Shown: positions 19,053-29,903, counted from the stretch's first letter. The stretch: DNA of 64,000 nt from Candidatus Melainabacteria bacterium 17Bon1m (GCA_032128875.1 JAVLKG010000004.1:352001-416000), one strand, 5' to 3'. Notes: generated by a model not told the origin, from the letters alone. Numbers and translations: made by a program.

Positions 19053-20324
19053 ATGGGCAGCGAGAAGTACGCGCTAATCGACTGCAACAACTTTTATGTT
19101 TCGTGCGAACGTCTCTTCGATCCGAAGTTGGAAGGCAAACCTGTAGTGGTGCTTTCTAACAATGATGGTTGCGTCGTGTCGCGCTCCAATGAGGCGAAAG
19201 AAATTGGTGTGGCAATGGGCGTGCCATACTTCAAAGTTGCATACCTGGAAAAACAAAAAGGACTGATCGCTCGTTCGTCCAACTATGCCCTTTATGGCGA
19301 AATGTCATCTCGCGTAATGAAGCTGCTCAGTGGATTTGCGCCGGGACAGGAAGTTTATTCCATTGACGAATGTTTCTTATCTGTCGGTGGACTACCAAAT
19401 GCGGTGCAAACTGGACGGGAGCTGAAGGCGATAGTTAAGCAGTATCTTGGATTGCCGGTTTGCGTTGGTATTGCACCGACAAAAACTTTGGCGAAACTTA
19501 GCAACAACATTGCTAAATCTACTCCGCGATTTAATGGGGTTTTCGATTACACGGCTCTGTCAGAGGAAAAGCAAGCTCAAGTTCTAAAGGCGATGGCCGT
19601 TTCAAAAGTTTGGGGCATCGGCAGAAATCTGACTGAAAAACTGCAGGGGAGAGGAATTTATACTGCATTTGATTTGCGGCAAGCCGACGCTGACCAGATT
19701 GGAAAACTTTTCAGCGTGGTGGTGAAAAGAACAATTCTCGAATTACGAGGTGAAGCCTGTATTGGTTTAGAACATGTCGGCGAAGCAAGAAAGCAAATTT
19801 TATCGTCGCGTTCTTTTGGAAGAAACGTTTTTGAACTTTCAGAACTGGAAGAAGCCGTCGCTCAGTATGCCACACGCGCCTGCGAAAAACTTCGGCGTGA
19901 TTGCTCTGTTGCATCTGAGGTTCAGGTCTCTGTACGAACAAGCGCCTATTCCGACAATAGCTTTGCTGATTCGAAAGTTATTGTTTTGCCGTATGCCACC
20001 GATGACACTATCGTTTTAGTCAAGACTGCGATCGAGGCTCTGAGACAGGTTTATCAAAAAGGGTATTCCTATCAGAAAGCGTCAGTCTCTTTTGGAAAAG
20101 TGCAGCCTAAAGAAGGCAGACAAATATCACTCTTTGCACCAAGTGGTGCTGAAGAAAAGTCAGAAAAGATGATGAAGGCTCTAGACGCAGCAAATTCGCG
20201 ATGGGGACGCGGCACCATTTTTCTTGCAGCCGAAGGGATCGAAAAACCTTGGCAGATGAAAGCCGAACATAAGAGTCCTGCATACGTTTCCGATTGGAAT
20301 GACTTGCCGCGCGTCAAGGCATAA
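19053..20324 (+). CDS. umuC: Y-family DNA polymerase V subunit UmuC
   Basis: [25 protein letters not shown]-terminal WQMK..SPAY. Confidence 0.95.
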   Translation: MGSEKYALIDCNNFYVSCERLFDPKLEGKPVVVLSNNDGCVVSRSNEAKEIGVAMGVPYFKVAYLEKQKGLIARSSNYALYGEMSSRVMKLLSGFAPGQEVYSIDECFLSVGGLPNAVQTGRELKAIVKQYLGLPVCVGIAPTKTLAKLSNNIAKSTPRFNGVFDYTALSEEKQAQVLKAMAVSKVWGIGRNLTEKLQGRGIYTAFDLRQADADQIGKLFSVVVKRTILELRGEACIGLEHVGEARKQILSSRSFGRNVFELSELEEAVAQYATRACEKLRRDCSVASEVQVSVRTSAYSDNSFADSKVIVLPYATDDTIVLVKTAIEALRQVYQKGYSYQKASVSFGKVQPKEGRQISLFAPSGAEEKSEKMMKALDAANSRWGRGTIFLAAEGIEKPWQMKAEHKSPAYVSDWNDLPRVKA

Positions 20325-20940
20325 CGCTTTGATTTGCGGATTCGTGTTTTAGTATCTTCGCGATTTCTTCGATTTGCGTGCGGTGTATGCTTTGGTGTGC
20401 TCCAGCAAACACCAACCACTTCCTGGCATTTAGCGGACCGAACCATGGGTGGCTGTATGTAGTCTCTGGAAAAGCATCAATCTTTGCGGTTTCGGCTGTG
20501 CGTACAAACTTTTGAGTCATTTGCTCAAATCGCGCAAGCAAGCCATCTGTATTAACCTCTGGATTCGGTTTTAAATCAGCAATAGTACTTCCCGGCAGAT
20601 CTGCCCGTCCATTTGATAGCGATAGTAGTACGCCTCTGATAGACGTTCCTGCAATGATCATGTGTTCGAGTGCCATTGCAACAGACCAAAATCTGGAGTT
20701 ATCTTCCAATCCTCGTAGTCTTTTGATCAACCTTTTCTCGCGTAATTCTTGCTCAGTTAGCTGACTTACAATTTGCAAAACCGCTTCTGACTCCTCTGCG
20801 AAATTGGCAATTGCTTTGGCATTGTCAATGGTGGCAAACCTGCGAGGAAAAATCAGATACTTTGCGATAAACCATTCGTGAAATGGCAGACCTGCACCTG
20901 GCTTGCCCAGCGCCGGCGCCGTGCTGGATTGAGTGCTCAT
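20314..20940 (-). CDS. DinB-like family protein
   Basis: [16 protein letters not shown], HxxxH..QI. Confidence 0.8.
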   Translation of the reverse strand: MSTQSSTAPALGKPGAGLPFHEWFIAKYLIFPRRFATIDNAKAIANFAEESEAVLQIVSQLTEQELREKRLIKRLRGLEDNSRFWSVAMALEHMIIAGTSIRGVLLSLSNGRADLPGSTIADLKPNPEVNTDGLLARFEQMTQKFVRTAETAKIDAFPETTYSHPWFGPLNARKWLVFAGAHQSIHRTQIEEIAKILKHESANQSVMP

Positions 20941-20951
20941 GGTTGTTTCCT

Positions 20952-21482
20952 CTAACTCTGGGGAATTGCTTTCTTGTATCCGAGTACTTCGAAATCAGGA
21001 CTAGGGGTAAAGTCGATGTCTGGGAATCTTTCGTATCCTCTTCGCTCGTACATCGCTTTTGCTGTTTGCATCAAATTTGTCGTGTGCAATGTAATATGAT
21101 CAAATCCTTGCGACTTGACCCATTCTTCGCACGCGTTAATGAGTTCTCCACCTATTTTGTAATTGCGATAATCAGGCAAAACGGCTAGCAAACGCATCTC
21201 TGGATAGGGGTTTTTGACTAGCTTTGCGCCCATCTTCCATTCATAGGGAGCACAGATTATCGCGCTTCCTACAATTTTTCCATCCATCTCAGCAATGACT
21301 CGTGCCAATAGTGAACCGGCAAGAATGGTCTTTCGTGTGTCCTGCTCGTAGCGATCCCAGTATTCAGGGCTACGGGAGCCCGCGTATTCGCTGTAGGCGG
21401 TACGTGTAATGTCTGCCATTGCTTCGTGCTCGTGGCTGAGAGCTTGTCTGATTTTGATTTCTGTCTGCATTATTTGTGCCAT
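20952..21482 (-). CDS. GNAT family N-acetyltransferase
   Basis: LAVLPDYRNYKIG; AKAMYERRGY. Confidence 0.9.
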   Translation of the reverse strand: MAQIMQTEIKIRQALSHEHEAMADITRTAYSEYAGSRSPEYWDRYEQDTRKTILAGSLLARVIAEMDGKIVGSAIICAPYEWKMGAKLVKNPYPEMRLLAVLPDYRNYKIGGELINACEEWVKSQGFDHITLHTTNLMQTAKAMYERRGYERFPDIDFTPSPDFEVLGYKKAIPQS

Positions 21483-21487
21483 CTAAT

Positions 21488-21546
21488 AAAGTACTTGCAA
21501 AATGCAAGTACTTTTATCTTAGTAAAGTTACTTGCAAATTGCAAGT
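21488..21546. promoter_or_regulatory. two palindromic operators, probable HxlR sites
   Basis: AAAGTACTTGCA-N3-TGCAAGTACTTT (21488-21514) and ACTTGCA-N3-TGCAAGT (21530-21546). Confidence 0.8.
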
Positions 21547-21564
21547 GCCTGTTAAAATGGATTC

Positions 21565-21999
21565 ATGGCAAATCCCGAAGCGACTCCTAGATCTCCTTGT
21601 GTGTTCAGTAATGTCCTCGACATATTGGGCGACCGCTGGACTTTGCTGATTGTTAGAGACCTGTTCTTCTTCGGTAAGCACGAGTATAAGGAATTTTTGA
21701 GCAGTCCCGAAGCGATTGCCACAAATATTCTTGCTTCACGACTGCAGAAGCTTGTTTGCGCGGGCATCATCGATGAGATGCCGCACCCGGAAAACAAGTC
21801 GCGCAAGCTGTATTTCCTTACTGAGCGCGGTAAAGACTTGCTGCCCATGCTCATTGAAATGGCGAAATGGGGCGAGAAACATTTGACAGAGACAGAAGTA
21901 ATGCGCCCTTTGTTTGAAGTGATTCGCAGGGATGCGGCGGCGTTTCAGCGCAAAGTTCTCAGAGATTTGAAAAACTGGGAAAAAGCGCATCTCGCCTGA
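21565..21999 (+). CDS. HxlR family winged-helix regulator
   Basis: RSPC..LDILGDRWTLLIVRDL, ILASRL, YFLTERGKDL. Confidence 0.9.
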   Translation: MANPEATPRSPCVFSNVLDILGDRWTLLIVRDLFFFGKHEYKEFLSSPEAIATNILASRLQKLVCAGIIDEMPHPENKSRKLYFLTERGKDLLPMLIEMAKWGEKHLTETEVMRPLFEVIRRDAAAFQRKVLRDLKNWEKAHLA

Positions 22000-22002
22000 C
22001 TT

Positions 22003-22191
22003 TTAGAAAGTTCTGGTGACCTGACCGAATCGACCATTCACTGTGTCTTTCGCTGGTATGTTCTTGCTGTCGATGTACAGCATTTTGCCGCTGAATCCAA
22101 CAAATACACCGTATGCAAATGCGAACAGAACTATCGTTGCGATCATTGATACTGTCTGTGAGTTTTCAAATAGCGTTTTAGTCTTGTCCAT
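22003..22191 (-). CDS. small hypothetical membrane protein
   Basis: 62 aa with one TM segment. Confidence 0.4.
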   Translation of the reverse strand: MDKTKTLFENSQTVSMIATIVLFAFAYGVFVGFSGKMLYIDSKNIPAKDTVNGRFGQVTRTF

Positions 22192-22343
22192 TTTTCTGCC
22201 CAGCCCTGAGCTGCTAATTCGATTATAGAATCCGCAAAACGCTCTGGCGCGCCTTCATACGGCGTTTTTACGCTGAGCTTGAATGTTTTGATACTTTTTT
22301 GACGACAATGAAAATGTCTCGCGGGCAAAGCTTATTTTGTGAT

Positions 22344-22775
22344 CTAAATGTGATCGTTGAAGGACAGTTCAAATACAAACTCCGGTTCTTTATTTATGTC
22401 GGTATAGCGAATCCAATTCGGAACCACTCTAAAGTAGCGTTGGTAGTCCAGGTGAGCGTATTTCTCTGAGCCTGGATTTTTCTTCAGGTGGATCTCCTGA
22501 TACTCCTTCAGTTTGTCCGCTTCTACCTCAATTGCTCGCCCCTCATATTGGACTGTGACACCAGTGTCCCAACCTATAACGATTGAAGTGTTAGAATTCG
22601 CCAGCAAATTGCGATATTTCCGCGTGGTGCTAAATGTAGCGAAGATCAATTCGAAGTCATCTTTTACCGAAAATACAACAACTGCTGATTGCGGATGTCC
22701 TTCCCACAAGCTGGAGACAACAGCAAGAGATTGATCTCGAATAAATTCGGCTACTAGTTTTTCTCGATCATTCAT
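22344..22775 (-). CDS. pyridoxamine 5'-phosphate oxidase-like FMN-binding protein
   Basis: PQSAVV, TRKYRNL, VQYEGRA. Confidence 0.82.
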   Translation of the reverse strand: MNDREKLVAEFIRDQSLAVVSSLWEGHPQSAVVVFSVKDDFELIFATFSTTRKYRNLLANSNTSIVIGWDTGVTVQYEGRAIEVEADKLKEYQEIHLKKNPGSEKYAHLDYQRYFRVVPNWIRYTDINKEPEFVFELSFNDHI

Positions 22776-23539
22776 TGAGCTGATTTCAGCGTCTTTTCGC
22801 CTGGGGACATTGTCTGCTTCAAACGGAAGGTGAACCAGTTTGTTTGCTTGCCGGTAAGCGAACGATCATTGCCTATCGGTTTTACGCCTTTTTCCGCATC
22901 GCGATACCAGCCTTCATCATAAGCGCCCATATCGGTGTAAATAGCGTTTTTTGCTCCAAGCTCTTTTAAATCCAATCCAAACTGAGTGAGAGTCAGAGGA
23001 GTTTTGCTCTCGAACATGACTGTTTGCCCATCTTTTAGTTTTGCAATGGCCCGGCGTTGGAAAAGCGTCTTGTCTTTGAAATGAGCCGGAACCCCATTCT
23101 CCACTACTAAAAACTGTTGAAAAAGCGAAGCGCGTTTTTCAGAGAGATCTTTCAAAAACTCAGGAGTAAATATCTTTCCTTTGTTTGTTGAGATCATCTC
23201 AATAGAACCGTTGCAAATTACACCGGCACCACCGCAAGCGTTTGACACAAAATGTTTGTGGTGCAATCGTCCATCAGACATGTAAATGCCATCGATCGAA
23301 CCAACGTAGCTCGTAAACGCGCATGGAATACATAACATTACTGAATTGTCCGATTGTTTTGGGCGTTTTAGTTCGAAAGACGCTTTTAACGGACCTTGAT
23401 AAAACATTGTGTAGTCGACGCCGGAAGAGGCCTTGGCTGATTTAATCTCCAGGCTATCGCCCTTTGCCCAGGTGGGGGTTGAAACACTTACAAGGGTTGA
23501 AAAGAATGTCGCAAGAACCAATATTACTCGAGTATTCAA
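22772..23539 (-). CDS. exported protein, possibly phosphodiester-glycosidase-like
   Basis: signal peptide; RRAIA, LGAKNAIYTDMG loosely resembles the NAGPA-type motif. Confidence 0.55.
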   Translation of the reverse strand: MNTRVILVLATFFSTLVSVSTPTWAKGDSLEIKSAKASSGVDYTMFYQGPLKASFELKRPKQSDNSVMLCIPCAFTSYVGSIDGIYMSDGRLHHKHFVSNACGGAGVICNGSIEMISTNKGKIFTPEFLKDLSEKRASLFQQFLVVENGVPAHFKDKTLFQRRAIAKLKDGQTVMFESKTPLTLTQFGLDLKELGAKNAIYTDMGAYDEGWYRDAEKGVKPIGNDRSLTGKQTNWFTFRLKQTMSPGEKTLKSAQ

Positions 23540-23672
23540 ACCTAAGCTCCTCTCCGCACGTCGGGGCTAGTTTGTGCATGCTGTCAATCTTAGTCGAATT
23601 GTTCATTAAATGCCTGAATCCATTTATACTAACGATTTGCAGGCAATTTTGCTCGAAAATTTAAGGCTACCT

Positions 23673-24410
23673 ATGACGGCAAACAGCGAAAAAACGAAGC
23701 TGCTTTTATTCCTTTCGCCAGAAAGTTGCGAAGATGCATGCGTCGCGAACAGTGTCTTTAAAGACGAAGCACAAAAGATGGATCTGATCTGGACGTCCAA
23801 TTCAAAATTATTAGTAGGTTCTTTGAGCGAAAATTCTGTGTGCAATCAGGCGACACTAGAAGATTTAAAAACAGCTGATCTCGTGATCCTCTTAGATAAT
23901 TCTTCATCCAATGCTTCATCTGCATTGAAATCAAAATTTCCAGGGTGGACCGGTAAGACCGAGTCATGGGATCTTTCTTCAGGTGACGTTCAAAATATCA
24001 TTGGGCAATATGTCGGAAAAATTCTTGTCCGTTTGATTTTGCAGGGTGGAAAACGGCAGTCTTCATCGACACAAAGTGTTTCATCCAACCCAAATCTTCA
24101 CACCTCCGGTGGTGGCACAGTGGGTGGTTCTAAAGATGCAAATAATGCGGACTCAAAGAATTCAGGTTCTAAAGATTCCATTCGTGTATCTCGTGAATCT
24201 AAGGGCCGTGGTGGCAAAACTGTGACCATTGTTTCTGGTTTGACTTTGGATGATGCAAAACTTCAAGAGCTTTCAAAACGCTTGAAGCAAGTCTGCGGAA
24301 CAGGTGGAACAGTTAAAGACGGAAAGATCGAAATTCAGGGTGATCAATGCGATCGCGTATTGGCTGAGCTGCAAAATAGAGGCTACAAGGCAAAACGCTC
24401 CGGTGGATAA
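23673..24410 (+). CDS. SUI1/YciH translation-initiation-factor domain fused to a degenerate LMW-phosphatase-like domain
   Basis: C-terminus RESKGRGGKTVTIVSGL..LKQVCGTGGTVKDGKIEIQGD; N-terminus QATLEDLKTADLVILLD. Confidence 0.85.
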   Translation: MTANSEKTKLLLFLSPESCEDACVANSVFKDEAQKMDLIWTSNSKLLVGSLSENSVCNQATLEDLKTADLVILLDNSSSNASSALKSKFPGWTGKTESWDLSSGDVQNIIGQYVGKILVRLILQGGKRQSSSTQSVSSNPNLHTSGGGTVGGSKDANNADSKNSGSKDSIRVSRESKGRGGKTVTIVSGLTLDDAKLQELSKRLKQVCGTGGTVKDGKIEIQGDQCDRVLAELQNRGYKAKRSGG

Positions 24411-24510
24411 AGAACGGAGTCAATTGGAATCACGGTGTCCATTTTGAGAATAGAAATTATCAGTCAAATCTCACAAATCAATAGTGAAGCTATTAAGAAG
24501 CAGAAGCGGA

Positions 24511-25656
24511 CTAAGTTTCAACTTCAGGCGCGTATTCTTCTGGCGTCATGTTGAAGGTCCATGCTACAGCTTCACGGGCTGTTCGCATATTCGGCGGCAC
24601 ACGCAAAAAGTAGGTGCGAAAACTTCCGTCAGGCTCAGGTGACGAATTCGTTAAACGTACCAACATAATCGGTTCGTCATTTAATTGGTTTTTACGATAA
24701 AGAGTTCCATACCTATCGTGATGAACGATCTGTCCGCCTGTATCGAGGATGTATTTTTGAATGCCATAGCGATCGATGAGAACTCGTCTTGTTTCGACAT
24801 TATCCTGTCGCTCTATGTTCTCTACAGTAGGCTCTATTTTGATGGCATATTCGGTGGCTCTAGTATTTTTCCAAACGAAAATATCCAACCCGTCCCCATA
24901 AACAACTGCCGGACCATCGCTATGATGCGTGCGATACAGCTCGTCGACATGAAACTCAGTGGGTCTTTCGCATAAGTAGCAACAGAGTTCGGAAAACATG
25001 TACGCATGTGTTGAACGTGCAAGCTCTTGGAGAATATCTAGTCGTTTTTTGTCTTTAATCTCGATTTGAGTTTCGAAAAACTCAGCGGCCGCTCGTGCAA
25101 TCGCCAACCTGATTAGCGATGCTGAAGACCACTCAAGTTCATTAAAGAGTGGTGGCAGCGTAGACGGACTGTCCATCATGGCCTTAAGTACATCCATGAG
25201 ATTTTTTCGTTGGTCGATTTCCTCTTGTTCTTCCTGAAATGTCAGGCGCAAATCCGTTGTTACTTCGCTTCTGACCTGAAACGGCAACGATCTCACTTCT
25301 CTTTCTGGGAGAGTATCCCAAAGAGCGCGAAAGAAAGTATCGAAGTCCTCCGAGGAAATTGTTTTCTCCAGCGCCTTTCGCGAAATGGATCCACATTTAT
25401 CCTCCATTCTTGCAAGCGGAATCCAGTTATTTTGACCAGATTCTTCTGCTGCTTTCAGCAAGTCGCGGGGGTTCGAAAACCAAAGATATTTTGGTGTCGG
25501 TCTGTCAGTATCAATATAGATTTGATCTATTAAGTACTCCACTCGGGTGCGATCAATTTTGTCTGTCGACGTGTAGTTCGAAAGAATTGAGTCTCGCAAA
25601 CCATCCAAGTAGTTCTGCAAGTCTAGGGGATCGAGTTTCTGTTGCTCGGAATTCAT
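24511..25656 (-). CDS. DUF6745-like domain protein
   Basis: H..DGPAVVY.DG, NVETRRV, EPDGSFRTYFLRVPP..TAREAVAWTF. Confidence 0.78.
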   Translation of the reverse strand: MNSEQQKLDPLDLQNYLDGLRDSILSNYTSTDKIDRTRVEYLIDQIYIDTDRPTPKYLWFSNPRDLLKAAEESGQNNWIPLARMEDKCGSISRKALEKTISSEDFDTFFRALWDTLPEREVRSLPFQVRSEVTTDLRLTFQEEQEEIDQRKNLMDVLKAMMDSPSTLPPLFNELEWSSASLIRLAIARAAAEFFETQIEIKDKKRLDILQELARSTHAYMFSELCCYLCERPTEFHVDELYRTHHSDGPAVVYGDGLDIFVWKNTRATEYAIKIEPTVENIERQDNVETRRVLIDRYGIQKYILDTGGQIVHHDRYGTLYRKNQLNDEPIMLVRLTNSSPEPDGSFRTYFLRVPPNMRTAREAVAWTFNMTPEEYAPEVET

Positions 25657-25729
25657 TTAGATGTCTCGAATGAGCATAAGGGTCTAATGAGATTCCTAGA
25701 CTGAAATGCCCGCGCTCAGACGAGTTTAG

Positions 25730-26233
25730 TCATCTGCCCGCATTGCCAGCGTTATTTTGTTTATCAGAAAGCTTTTTGACCAGGGCAGTCTCAAGTTTTG
25801 GAATATTGATTTTGAGCTTCTTGAGCAACTGATGTGCGCCGCTCTTTGGGTTTTGCACAATAGCGAGCAGCAAATGGACATCGTCTACACAGTCACTTTC
25901 GTAGCGACCCGCCAGTGCTTCAGCGGCCCTCAACAGTTCATAGGCAGTGGGTCCCCACGCACTTTCAGGCGGGCTAGGCTTGTTGGGATTTAGTTTCCCT
26001 TTTACAGTCTCCAATTCTACAAGTGCTTTCTCAGAAGAAAAGCCTTCTTCCTGCAGCAAAGCTGCTGCTGCGGACTTCGGCAGCTCGGACATAGAAATCA
26101 GCATGTGCTCAGTGCCGTAGCGCACATAAGTGACTCTGTTCTGGTCCTCTAATGTGTTTGAAAGCTCTCGCATGGTGACGAGATTGTTTGAGAACTTTCT
26201 TCGTGACATTCTTAGCTGGATTCCTTGGGACAT
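25730..26233 (-). CDS. stand-alone Clp N-terminal repeat domain protein
   Basis: GTEHMLI and DDVHLLLAI repeats; no AAA domain. Confidence 0.75.
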   Translation of the reverse strand: MSQGIQLRMSRRKFSNNLVTMRELSNTLEDQNRVTYVRYGTEHMLISMSELPKSAAAALLQEEGFSSEKALVELETVKGKLNPNKPSPPESAWGPTAYELLRAAEALAGRYESDCVDDVHLLLAIVQNPKSGAHQLLKKLKINIPKLETALVKKLSDKQNNAGNAGR

Positions 26234-26960
26234 GAATGCGAATCTATCTATTCATATCAAGCAACTAAAACTAAAGGATCAATCCGCGAGTATTGCCCTC
26301 GGTGTCATCATGCCCCAAACAGGCTGGATCCTTTCAGTTCTATTACGGACAAGCGCCCCAGCTTAACGTTATGGGGACCTGAAATGGTTCGATTTAATGT
26401 TCATTGGGATGCCGGACCCATTCCTAACCATTTTATCTTTCTCGGCTGCCAGCCTGTGAGGCTTTGAGGGATTTGGAGCCAAAATGCCATGACTGAGGTT
26501 TGGAAGTTAAACCGATAACCGTTTAACTTCTCGAGGTGGTTTTTGACTATCAGGGCCCTGCGCCGAGCAAAAAAAAAGTGCCCTGGTTTAGCCGATCAGA
26601 AAGCCGCATCCAGTCTCGTTTATCGAGGATTTATAAACGTTTTAGTGTACGAAAAATGACCATTAGAAGCCGTTAATCTGAGCGTTTTTTGCCACTGTGT
26701 ACACGTTTTCGTTATTGACTTCTTGGCTCAAAAATCCGATAGTGAGACCAGCAAAGCGATGCGATGGTTTTCGAAGCAACTGCCAAGCATTCCATCACCA
26801 GAACACCTTTCAAGTTCAGGATCGATTTGTGGGCGCCGAAGAAACTTCGCCGCGTATCTACTTACTAAGCAAATTTAGCGACCTACCGTTCGCCTGGAGC
26901 GTGCCACTGCGCGCCCTGAATTGAGCGGTACTTACCACTTTACGAAAGGGGTTCTTTCTC

Positions 26961-27926
26961 ATGCTGCATAACGTACTTTCAAAACTGGTCAAAGACGATG
27001 TCTCTCGTCTCCAGCGCTACAAAAAGCTCAGCGTCTCCTACTCAGGACCCAACAGACGCTTGAGCAGCCTTGTTCCACCGGCACTCAATGCAGGGGACGA
27101 GTTCAAAATGCAAGCTCGTCACTTGATGGTTCGCGAATTTTTGCTCTCTCTGGCAGCTTTCGAGCGCACTTGCTGCATCCACATTTCCTCTTCCTGGAGA
27201 AAGTCTCGCGCTTCTATGCTCGTATTCCGCGGCAGAGTTCTCGGCTGCATTTACACCCGCAAGGATCTCGATGCTCCGGTCTTCGCAGAAGAAGCTTTCA
27301 CTTTGACCCAGACTGAACTTGGCGAAGTAGATACTGAAATCAGCGCTTATGAAATCGATGAAGAAATTGCACTTGCTTCCGCAGCACTTTTCTCCAGACA
27401 TACCGTCGCTGAGGAAGTTGCCGACGTGCTTCGCTCTCCATTGCAAGAGTATAAAAAGTTCCTTGAAGTTGATGCGAGTGGTTGCATCTTCGTCAACGAC
27501 GCTGATAATCAAACCATTTGCAGAGTCTATGTGCTTAACGGACTCATCGTCGGCATTTATTTGACAAGTGAAGGCTGGCTTGCGAAGGACATTAACCTGG
27601 TAGAAGACATGGTCGAGCTGGACCCAACCCTCTCATGCGAAACCTTCTTCATGCCCACTCTCGACTTGCAAGCGATTTACCAAGACGGATTTGCAGCTTC
27701 GCGTGAAGCTGGGTCGATTGTGATGTTCGACTGCAGCGTGAGAAATTCGGATGCGAAGGTCGATATATTTGCCAACTACGTTGTGACTTTCAAACGCACT
27801 TCATCCTTCTTGGCAGATAAAGCCAATTACTTGGATAGTCAAAAGAAAGTTATCGATGAATACACCGCTTATTCGAACCCGACTCCGGCTATCAAGCATG
27901 CTCACTCAGTGCATCCTCTGGTATAG
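26961..27926 (+). CDS. hypothetical protein
   Basis: 321-aa ORF, AAGGGG RBS; two similar internal modules (MLVFRGRVLGCIY and VYVLNGLIVGIY). Confidence 0.75.
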   Translation: MLHNVLSKLVKDDVSRLQRYKKLSVSYSGPNRRLSSLVPPALNAGDEFKMQARHLMVREFLLSLAAFERTCCIHISSSWRKSRASMLVFRGRVLGCIYTRKDLDAPVFAEEAFTLTQTELGEVDTEISAYEIDEEIALASAALFSRHTVAEEVADVLRSPLQEYKKFLEVDASGCIFVNDADNQTICRVYVLNGLIVGIYLTSEGWLAKDINLVEDMVELDPTLSCETFFMPTLDLQAIYQDGFAASREAGSIVMFDCSVRNSDAKVDIFANYVVTFKRTSSFLADKANYLDSQKKVIDEYTAYSNPTPAIKHAHSVHPLV

Positions 27927-28065
27927 TTTGCCTGCTTGATGAAGGCCTGGTGTCTTTACTACAACTAATTGACGGCTCCGCCGTTTGCCTTCTTCAAGAG
28001 CTTGTCGCGCTTTCCGCCGGCAAGCTCTTGGCACTACTTATACTTTCCAGCAGAGGTTTTTCTAG

Positions 28066-28944
28066 ATGGGCAAGAAAAATAAGTCGGATAAGAAAGAAGG
28101 AAACCCTCGGCAGAAAGGTTCCGCGAAGTCCAAAGATGTTGAATCGAAGGTCGCAAAAAACGTTGAGCGGATGAAGGGCAAAGTGTACGAAGCTGAGCTT
28201 CGAGCGCTACAGGAAGAACTTTGCCATTTGCAAGATTGGGTGAAAGAAACCGGTAAGCGTATCATCATCGTCTTTGAAGGGCGCGATGCTGCGGGGAAGG
28301 GGGGAACAATCAAAGCGATTACCGAACGTGTCAGTCCGAGAGTTTTCCGTCTAATCGCGCTACCCGCGCCGACTGAGCGCGAGAAATCGCAAATGTATGT
28401 TCAGCGCTTTGTGAAACATTTTCCAGCAGCAGGTGAGATCGTGATTTTTGATCGCAGCTGGTATAACCGGGCCGGAGTCGAGCATGTAATGGGCTTCTGC
28501 ACAGACGAGCAATATAATCGCTTTCTAGAGCTTTGTCCGTTGTTTGAGAAGAACGTTGTTGAAAACGGTATTTACTTGTTTAAGTTCTGGCTGGAAGTTA
28601 GCAATGAAGAACAAAAACGTCGATTCGAAGCGAGAATAGATGACCCACTTCGGCAGTGGAAATTGAGCAATATGGACTTGCCGTCGAGAGAGCGCTGGTA
28701 TGACTATTCGCGTGCTCGTGACGCAATGCTGGACGCGACCGACACTGACCACGCTCCATGGAATGTCGTGAGTTCTGATGACAAGAAGCGGGCGAGATTG
28801 AATATCATTTCGCATTTACTCAAGCAAATTCCGTATAAACCTGTGAAACGCCCGAAAGTTAAATTGCCTGAGCGTAGTCGAAAGAAAGAGTACGACGATA
28901 TTTCTACGATGCAAAATCGTCGCTGGATTCCTGAGACATATTAG
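28066..28944 (+). CDS. ppk2: polyphosphate kinase 2
   Basis: FEGRDAAGKGG, FDRSWYNRAGVE, SDDKKRARLN. Confidence 0.95.
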   Translation: MGKKNKSDKKEGNPRQKGSAKSKDVESKVAKNVERMKGKVYEAELRALQEELCHLQDWVKETGKRIIIVFEGRDAAGKGGTIKAITERVSPRVFRLIALPAPTEREKSQMYVQRFVKHFPAAGEIVIFDRSWYNRAGVEHVMGFCTDEQYNRFLELCPLFEKNVVENGIYLFKFWLEVSNEEQKRRFEARIDDPLRQWKLSNMDLPSRERWYDYSRARDAMLDATDTDHAPWNVVSSDDKKRARLNIISHLLKQIPYKPVKRPKVKLPERSRKKEYDDISTMQNRRWIPETY

Positions 28945-29117
28945 TTTGAACCGCCGACAACAAGTGCTGGTGGCAAACTTTTATCTTCTGGATAAGAATT
29001 TCGGCGCCTGCGGTTCTAAAATGTGTTAATCGGTGTCCTTTTGGCGATATCTGAGTGCTTTTCAAGTGCTTGGCTTTCGATTCGTTTTGGCGCACAAGCA
29101 GAGGAAAATAAAAAGCT

Positions 29118-29903
29118 ATGGCGAAGACTCGACTCACTGAAGGCGTCACGTCAAATGATCCAAAGACAAAGCGATGGAGGTCCATGTTCGCCTCTGCGCG
29201 AATGGCTTATGGAGACGGGCAATTCAGACAGGCTGAATCGCTGTTGGCGAGAGCGGCATTGATTGCGGCGGAAATTCCGGAAAGCGAATTTGCGCTCAAG
29301 ACGACTGAGATTGCGAGTGCTGTAGTCTTGCTTGCCAGCGGAAGAACAGTCGAAGCGATACCGCGACTTCAAAAATCGATAAATCAGCTTGAAGGTTCTG
29401 TCGATCATTTGCAGAAGGAATTATTGGCAGTTACGCTGCGCTTTTACGCCTCCGCGCTCATTGACCAAGGCAAAGAGCGTGATGGTGAAACCGAACTCAA
29501 GCGTTCAATTGAAATCTTGAAAGATTTGGGATACGAAGCTCGCGTGCAGCTTGCGTATTCACTCTGCGATTTGGGTGGGCTATACCTGCGTCAAGGACGT
29601 CTCAGTGAAGGCGAAAACAACGTCATAAAAGGGTTGAAAATCATTAGTCAGGAGTTGGGGCCAGAGTCAGCTGAATACACTCGTGCAGACATGATTTATC
29701 AATTGTGCTTGCCGATGACTGACGAAGTGAGAATGGACTCTGTCGGTGATGCAATTGAAAGGATGCAGTATGGCTTTGGCTTCAAGCATCCAAATATTGA
29801 GCGCGCTGTAAATCGTTATTTGAAAGTACTGACTGAGCGTGGAGACAAAGAAAAGCTGGAAGAAACGAAAAGAAAGTTCAATATCTCCGTGGTGAAAAAA
29901 TGA
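29118..29903 (+). CDS. TPR repeat protein
   Basis: LAYSLCDLGGLYLRQG-type repeats. Confidence 0.75.
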   Translation: MAKTRLTEGVTSNDPKTKRWRSMFASARMAYGDGQFRQAESLLARAALIAAEIPESEFALKTTEIASAVVLLASGRTVEAIPRLQKSINQLEGSVDHLQKELLAVTLRFYASALIDQGKERDGETELKRSIEILKDLGYEARVQLAYSLCDLGGLYLRQGRLSEGENNVIKGLKIISQELGPESAEYTRADMIYQLCLPMTDEVRMDSVGDAIERMQYGFGFKHPNIERAVNRYLKVLTERGDKEKLEETKRKFNISVVKK

